Assembly: GCA_038245905.1 (NCBI GenBank)
Contig: JBBRRY010000027.1
Coordinates: forward strand, 1 to 53,974
DNA from: Thermoanaerobaculia bacterium
GTDB lineage: Bacteria; Acidobacteriota; Thermoanaerobaculia; UBA5066
DNA length: 53,974 nt
Direction of reading: 5' to 3'
The position numbers were made by a program, and so were the translations under genes. Every line of letters begins with the position of its first letter. Positions within the stretch are counted from its first letter, which is position 1. Positions 48,447 to 53,974 of the stretch are shown here, piece by piece. The notes under the pieces were generated by a model, which searched no databases, was not told the DNA's origin, and saw only the letters and a list, made by a program, of their open reading frames with translations.

Positions 48447-48851
48447 GTGAGCAAGATGACCGCCGCCTCCGCGCACGAGCTGGCCCTCTGCGGCCGTTTC
48501 CACCGTGCGATCGAGCTGATCGGCCGCCGTTGGACGGGCGCCATCGTCTTCTTGCTGCTTCGGTCGCGCTGCCGGTTCGCGACGCTCCGCGACGCCATCC
48601 CGGACATCACCGACCGCATGCTGAGCGAGCGCCTGCAGGAGCTGGAAGAGGAGGGAATCGTGGAGCGTACGGTCGTCCCGGCCACGCCCGTCCGCGTCGA
48701 ATACGCGCTCACGAAGAAAGGACGTGCCCTCGCCGCCGCGATCGACGCCATGGCCGCCTGGGCCGAGCGCTGGGTCGAGCCGGAGCGCGGCGTCAGAGCC
48801 CGACGTGCAAGATCCGCAGGATCGGGCCGTCGGGCGCGCTCGAATCCCTAA
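48447..48851 (+). CDS. HxlR (MarR/DUF24) family regulator
   Basis: LCGRFHRAIELIGRRW...RF..L...IPDITDRMLSERLQELE..GIV.R...PVRVEYALT.KG. Confidence 0.93.
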   Translation: MSKMTAASAHELALCGRFHRAIELIGRRWTGAIVFLLLRSRCRFATLRDAIPDITDRMLSERLQELEEEGIVERTVVPATPVRVEYALTKKGRALAAAIDAMAAWAERWVEPERGVRARRARSAGSGRRARSNP

Positions 48852-51357
48852 GGTCGACGCCCGCGAAGATCGCCCACGTGTGATCGCCCTTCGGGTCGAC
48901 GAGAGTCTGCGTGACCTCCCACTGGCGCGGGCCGATGGACTTCATCCGCGTCAGGTGATGGAGGCGCGCCTCGGACCCTGAAACGAGCTCGCCGTATTCG
49001 CCGAAGAACGACGCCATCGCGGCTTCGAAGCGCGCGGCGTCCCACGAGTCGCCAGCGTCCTGAAACACGCGTTCCGCCGCCTCCTCCCATTCCTTCTTCG
49101 CGAGCGCCCGAACGAGAAGCTGCGCCTCCGCGCGGACACGCGCGGCGAAGACCCGCGGGTTCGCAAGGAGCTCGGTGAACCACGAGGCTTCCTTCTTCTG
49201 CACCGACGCCGCCGGTGCGGTTCTCTCCGCGATGAGGAGCTCGGGATGGCGAAGCCTTTCCCACTCCTCGAGAAGACTCGCGTCCGTTTCCCCCACGAGC
49301 GAGCGGAAATAGCCGAGCACATCCCAGAGCTCGTCGGTCTTCGCGGCCTCGGGAACCGTCTGGTCGAGCGTCTTGTAGAGCTGCGAGAGGTACCTGAGAA
49401 GGACGCCCTCGCTCCGCTCGAGGCCGTAGCTCTTCACGTAGTCCGAGAAGCCGGCAAACGTCTCGAACATCTCGCGCCCGATCGACTTCGGGCTCACGTC
49501 CGAGCCCGCAGTCCACGGGTGCGCGGCGCGGAAGGCGTTGAAGGCGCCGTAGAGGAAGTCCGCGAGCGGCTTCGGGTGCGTCACCTCCTCGAGGCGCGCC
49601 ATGCGCTCCTCGTACGGGACGCCCTCTTCCTTCAGCTCCGCCACGAGCCGGCCTTTCGCCCGGTCCACCTGCCGCCGGAGGATCACGTCCGGGTTTTCGA
49701 GGATCGACTCGACGACGGTGAGCGCGTCCACGGCGTACGTCGAGGACGCGGGATCCAGCTCCTCGAGCGCCGACAGTGCGAAGAGCGAGAGCGCCTGGTG
49801 GAGCGAGAAGTCCCACTGGAGATCCTCGGCCACGACGACGCGATACAGCCGTTCGCCGGTGAGGCCGATGATTCCCGCCCGATACAGCGAGCGCACAAGG
49901 ACGGCCGACTGCTTCACGAGGCGGCGCTTGGCGCCGTCGTCCTCGTGGCAGCGCGCGATGAGATCGCGAAGCGACGCAAAGTTCCGGGCCGCCGTCTCTC
50001 CCTCATCCCGCTGGAGGAGAGACAGCAACATCCCGTGCGTGAGCCGGAACCGGGACGTCAGCGTCTCCGGCGGCCTCGAGATCAGTTTCTGGAACGTCTC
50101 GACCGACCATGACACTTCGCCCTTGGGAGGGCCCTTCACCGTCCTGGCCTTCTTTCCGGAGGCCTCGGACTTCTTCTCGGCCTGCCGCTTCTCGACGATG
50201 TGCTCGGGCGCCTGCACGACGACGCTGCCCTTCACATCGAACCCGCGGCGGCCCGCGCGCCCCGAGATCTGCTTGAACTCACGGACGGAGAGGAGCCCCA
50301 CTTTCGTCCCGTCGAACTTCGCGAGCTTCGTGAAGAGGACCGTCCGAATCGGGATGTTCACGCCGACACCCAGCGTGTCGGTCCCGCAGATGACGTGGAG
50401 GAGCCCCTTCTGCGCGAGCTTCTCCACGAGGAGGCGGTACTTCGGGAGGAGTCCGGCGTGGTGGACGCCGATCCCGAACGACAGGAATCTCCGGAACTCC
50501 TTGCCGTACGGGGTTGCGAGGCGGATTCCCTGGGCGACCTTCCGGATCTCCTCCCGCTCCTCGCGGGTCCCGATCTTCACGCTCGTGAGCGACTGCGCGA
50601 GCTCCGCGCACTCCCTCTGCGTGAAGTTCACGACGTAGATCGGACTCTTCTTCGCCCCGAGAAGCTCCTCGATCGTCTCGTGGAGCGGCGTCTCGCAATA
50701 CTCGTAGTCGAGCGGGACCGGCCGCTCGTCGGAGGTCACGTGCGCGACCGGGCGCCCCGTGTCGCGCTCGAGCCGCTCCGCGATCGCGCGCGTGTCGCCC
50801 AGCGTCGCCGACATGAGGAGAAACTGCGTCTCTTTGAGGACGAGGAGCGGCACCTGCCAGGCGACGCCGCGCTCCTTGTCTGAATAGTAGTGAAACTCGT
50901 CCATCACGACGTAGGGAGCCGCGAGCGCGAGGCCTCGGCGAAGCGCCATGTTCGAGAGGACTTCCGCCGTGCAGCAGACGACGCTGGCGTCCGCGTTGAT
51001 GCTCGCGTCGCCCGTGAGCATCCCGACGTTCTCGGGCCCGAGCTCGCCGCAGAGCGAGAAGAACTTCTCGCTCGCGAGAGCCTTGATCGGACTCGTGTAG
51101 AACGACACCTTCCTCTCGCAGGCCGCCTTGAAGTGGAGGCCTAGCGCGACAAGCGACTTGCCCGAGCCCGTGGGCGTCCCGAGGATGACGTGCTTCCCCG
51201 CCATGATCTCGAGGAGCGCCTCCTCCTGGGCCGGATAGAGCGTCAGGCCGGTGGAAGCCACCCACTCGAGGAAGAGGCCCAGGATCTCGTCCGCGTCGTT
51301 CGTCCCACGGGGCGGGATCCTGTCCGCAAGCGGAGCGAGGACCGGCATCCCGAGCAT
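48793..51357 (-). CDS. Ski2-like DEAD/DEAH helicase with DUF3516-type C-terminus
   Basis: TPTGSGKS, MDEFH, MSAT, HHAG, TDTLGVGVNIP, QISGRAGR; start may be 51348. Confidence 0.92.
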   Translation of the reverse strand: MLGMPVLAPLADRIPPRGTNDADEILGLFLEWVASTGLTLYPAQEEALLEIMAGKHVILGTPTGSGKSLVALGLHFKAACERKVSFYTSPIKALASEKFFSLCGELGPENVGMLTGDASINADASVVCCTAEVLSNMALRRGLALAAPYVVMDEFHYYSDKERGVAWQVPLLVLKETQFLLMSATLGDTRAIAERLERDTGRPVAHVTSDERPVPLDYEYCETPLHETIEELLGAKKSPIYVVNFTQRECAELAQSLTSVKIGTREEREEIRKVAQGIRLATPYGKEFRRFLSFGIGVHHAGLLPKYRLLVEKLAQKGLLHVICGTDTLGVGVNIPIRTVLFTKLAKFDGTKVGLLSVREFKQISGRAGRRGFDVKGSVVVQAPEHIVEKRQAEKKSEASGKKARTVKGPPKGEVSWSVETFQKLISRPPETLTSRFRLTHGMLLSLLQRDEGETAARNFASLRDLIARCHEDDGAKRRLVKQSAVLVRSLYRAGIIGLTGERLYRVVVAEDLQWDFSLHQALSLFALSALEELDPASSTYAVDALTVVESILENPDVILRRQVDRAKGRLVAELKEEGVPYEERMARLEEVTHPKPLADFLYGAFNAFRAAHPWTAGSDVSPKSIGREMFETFAGFSDYVKSYGLERSEGVLLRYLSQLYKTLDQTVPEAAKTDELWDVLGYFRSLVGETDASLLEEWERLRHPELLIAERTAPAASVQKKEASWFTELLANPRVFAARVRAEAQLLVRALAKKEWEEAAERVFQDAGDSWDAARFEAAMASFFGEYGELVSGSEARLHHLTRMKSIGPRQWEVTQTLVDPKGDHTWAIFAGVDLRDSSAPDGPILRILHVGL

Positions 51358-51409
51358 TGTTCCACGGCGAAGCGGTATCGTGTCCCTTGGACCCTTACGG
51401 AGGTTTCAG

Positions 51410-52423
51410 ATGAGTCTTCCCGTTCGCATCGGCATCAACGGCTTCGGCCGCATCGGCCGGTGTCTCTTAAAGAACGCCCTCGCGCGCGGCGCGACGGTGG
51501 CCGGCATCAACGACCTCGCCGATCTCGGCGACCTCGCCTATCTTCTGAAGTACGACTCCGTGCACGGCTGGTGGGACCGCAAGGTATCGCACACCGACAA
51601 GGAGCTGGTCGTCGACGGAGTCGCGATTCCGTTCTTCTCGTCGAAGGATCCCGCGGCCCTTCCCTGGAAGAACGTCGGCGCCGACGTCGTCTTCGAATGC
51701 TCCGGCGCCTTCCGCAAGCGTGCGGACGCCGCGAAGCACCTCGCGGCCGGAGCACGAAAAGTCGTCATCTCGGCGCCTGCCGACGACCCGGACGGCACGT
51801 TCGTCCTCGGCGTGAACGCCGATACCTACGACCCGGCGAAGCACCATGTCGTCTCGATGGCGTCCTGCACGACGAACTCTCTCGCGCCCGTCGCGAAGGT
51901 CCTCCACGAGTCCTTCGGCGTCGAGCACCTCATGATCACGACGGTTCACGCGTACACATCCAGCCAGTCCCTCATGGACGCCCCGACGAGGAAGCGCCGG
52001 AGAGGCCGCGCCGCCGCGCTCTCCATCATTCCGACGTCCACGGGCGCCGCGAAGGCGACGGCTCTCGTGCTCCCAGAGCTCAAGGGCCGCATGGACGGCA
52101 TGGCGCTCCGGGTGCCCGTGCCCGACGGCTCGATCACGGACATCGTCGCGACGCTCAAGAAGGACGTCACGCCGGACACGATCAACGCCGCCCTCGCCGC
52201 CGCCGCCGAGACGCCCGCGCTCAAGGGCATCCTCCGCGTGGCCGACGAAGCTCTCGTCTCGCGCGACATCCTCGGCGACTCGCATTCGGCCATCGTGGAC
52301 CGGGACAGCACGATGGTCCTCCGGGACCGCGTCGCGAAGATTCTCGTCTGGTACGACAACGAGTGGGGCTACTCCGCGCGGCTCGCGGACTTCGCCGTTC
52401 TCCTCGCAAACAAGGGCACCTGA
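51410..52423 (+). CDS. gap: Type I glyceraldehyde-3-phosphate dehydrogenase
   Basis: GINGFGRIG, ASCTTN, TSTGAAKA, RVP, WYDNEWGYS. Confidence 0.92.
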   Translation: MSLPVRIGINGFGRIGRCLLKNALARGATVAGINDLADLGDLAYLLKYDSVHGWWDRKVSHTDKELVVDGVAIPFFSSKDPAALPWKNVGADVVFECSGAFRKRADAAKHLAAGARKVVISAPADDPDGTFVLGVNADTYDPAKHHVVSMASCTTNSLAPVAKVLHESFGVEHLMITTVHAYTSSQSLMDAPTRKRRRGRAAALSIIPTSTGAAKATALVLPELKGRMDGMALRVPVPDGSITDIVATLKKDVTPDTINAALAAAAETPALKGILRVADEALVSRDILGDSHSAIVDRDSTMVLRDRVAKILVWYDNEWGYSARLADFAVLLANKGT

Positions 52424-52498
52424 CCGCCCCTCCGGTGCTAATCTTTCCGGCGACATGATGCCGCGCCTGCGCGACGCCGAGGCCCTTCGGACGAAGCC

Positions 52499-53911
52499 GT
52501 GAGGGGTGCGCGCGCCATGCTCGTCGCGGCGTTCGCGGCGGGCGTGGGGGCGCGGATCTACGCGGCCTTCCTTCGCCCGCTCTGGGCCGACGAGATCTTC
52601 ACGCTGACGCTGGCGAGAAAGAGCATCCCGGAAATTCTCGCGGCGCTGCGGGTCGATTCGGGCCCTCCGCTCCACTACCTCGCCGCACACCTCCTTCTCC
52701 TTCCCTTCCCCTCGCCAGGCGCCGGCGACGTCGCCGTGCGGCTCCTCTCCCTGGCCGCGTCGCTCCTTCACCTCCCGCTCCTCGTCAGGGTTGGCCGCCG
52801 CCTCGGGCGGCCCGAGGCCGGCCTCGCCGCCGCCGCGCTCTACGCGGTCTTCCCTCTTGCCGTCGACTACGGCGTCGAGGGACGCGGCTACGCGCTCGCA
52901 TCTCTCCTCGCGCTCCTTGCCTTCGAGCGCGCCCTCGCGCTCCGCGAGCGCCCGCTCTTCGGAACGGGCGCCGCGCTCGCCTTCTCAGCGGCCGGCGCCG
53001 CGCTCACGCACTACCTCGCCGTGTTTCCCGTCGCGGCCCTCGCGCTTCTCGCGATCGACGTGCGGCCTGCCGCGCGCCGCGCGCTCGCCCTCTCGGGCGC
53101 GGGAGCCGCCCTTCTCGTTGCGCCGTGGGTCCCCATCGCTCTGCGCCAGCCCACCGCGTCGATGGCGTGGGCGCACGCACCCGCGTTCGCGGGCGCTCTA
53201 CGCAACTTCCCCGCGAACCTCGCGTTCGGCGTCGAGCCTCCCGGCGCCCTCGCGCTCCCACTCTCGATTCTCGGCGGCGCGCTCGTCCTTGCGCTTCTCC
53301 TCAGGGAGCGACGCGGCGTCCTCTCGCCCGTCGCGGCCGTCCTCACCGGCTCCCTCGTCCTCCTCGCACTCGCCCAGCTCGGGACCGGCGCTCTCGTCCT
53401 CCCGGGCCGCACGGCGGTCGTGCTCCTCCCCTTCGTCGCGCTTCTCCTCGCATCCTCCCCGCCCGCGGTCCCGCTCGGCGCCGGGCTCCTCGCAGCGGCG
53501 ATCCTCGTGAGGCGGCTCCCAGAGCTCGCGGGACCTTCGCCGGGCGAGACGCTGGCGCGGATCCTCGAGGCCCCCGCGCGCGCCGGGAAGACGATCGCGG
53601 CGGCGGGTTACTGGGGGCCGGAGCTCGCGTACCGGCTCGAGCGCGCGGGTACGCCGGGACGCGTCGTCCTCTTTCCGTCAGCAGTCGCCGCGCACCCCGG
53701 CTGGTACCGAGAGGAGGAGATCGCAAACGAGACGCTCCTGCGGGAGGCCGACGCCCTCCTCGCGTCGCCCGCGCGTCCGTCCGTCTTCGTCCTGCCCCGC
53801 GGCTCGCGCGCGTCCGCGGCGATCGCCTCGCGTCTCGGTCCCTCGCGCCTTCTCCTCGCGAGCCCGCTCGTCGACGTGGTCGAGACGAAGCCCGCCGCCC
53901 CTGCGCGCTAA
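52499..53911 (+). CDS. GT-C (PMT/GT39-like) membrane glycosyltransferase
   Basis: LWADE, D.GPPLHY, VRLLS, E.RGYAL, THY; many TMs. Confidence 0.75.
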   Translation: MRGARAMLVAAFAAGVGARIYAAFLRPLWADEIFTLTLARKSIPEILAALRVDSGPPLHYLAAHLLLLPFPSPGAGDVAVRLLSLAASLLHLPLLVRVGRRLGRPEAGLAAAALYAVFPLAVDYGVEGRGYALASLLALLAFERALALRERPLFGTGAALAFSAAGAALTHYLAVFPVAALALLAIDVRPAARRALALSGAGAALLVAPWVPIALRQPTASMAWAHAPAFAGALRNFPANLAFGVEPPGALALPLSILGGALVLALLLRERRGVLSPVAAVLTGSLVLLALAQLGTGALVLPGRTAVVLLPFVALLLASSPPAVPLGAGLLAAAILVRRLPELAGPSPGETLARILEAPARAGKTIAAAGYWGPELAYRLERAGTPGRVVLFPSAVAAHPGWYREEEIANETLLREADALLASPARPSVFVLPRGSRASAAIASRLGPSRLLLASPLVDVVETKPAAPAR

Positions 53912-53974
53912 GGCGCGTTTGACGAATTCGCGCGCCCGTGAGACCCTGACGTCCGGCTGACGGGCGCCCGACGC

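Overview
High-GC bacterial chromosomal window; gene content and protein style suggest Acidobacteria/Thermoanaerobaculia (inference, not a database result). The left ~10.6 kb lies downstream of a tRNA-Asn and looks like an accessory region. It holds an RND efflux operon, then a dense patch of gene debris (IS481 and IS5 transposase scraps, a GrpE 3' end, a multiply deleted XylR/V4R sigma-54 activator, a GH94/NdvB 3' end), then AI-2E, SRPBCC, CDF and USP genes. The rest is mostly core genes: gluQ, tyrA, tyrS, udk, cysK, iscS, thyX, a phosphohexomutase, eno, ftsB, tRNA-fMet, carbamate kinase, class I fumarase, a helicase and gap. Most notable is a BCP/PrxQ peroxiredoxin missed by the ORF track, with an in-frame UGA at the peroxidatic position and a SECIS-like hairpin (a selenoprotein). 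It sits 32 bp downstream of a kaiC-kaiB-hybrid PAS kinase operon. Also of interest: a cupredoxin plus HAMP-Ser/Thr kinase pair, an apparently kinase-dead AAK-DUF619 N-acetylglutamate synthase-like gene divergent from carbamate kinase, a carboxylesterase fused to a duplicated uncharacterised module, and a recurrent leaderless-promoter signature.
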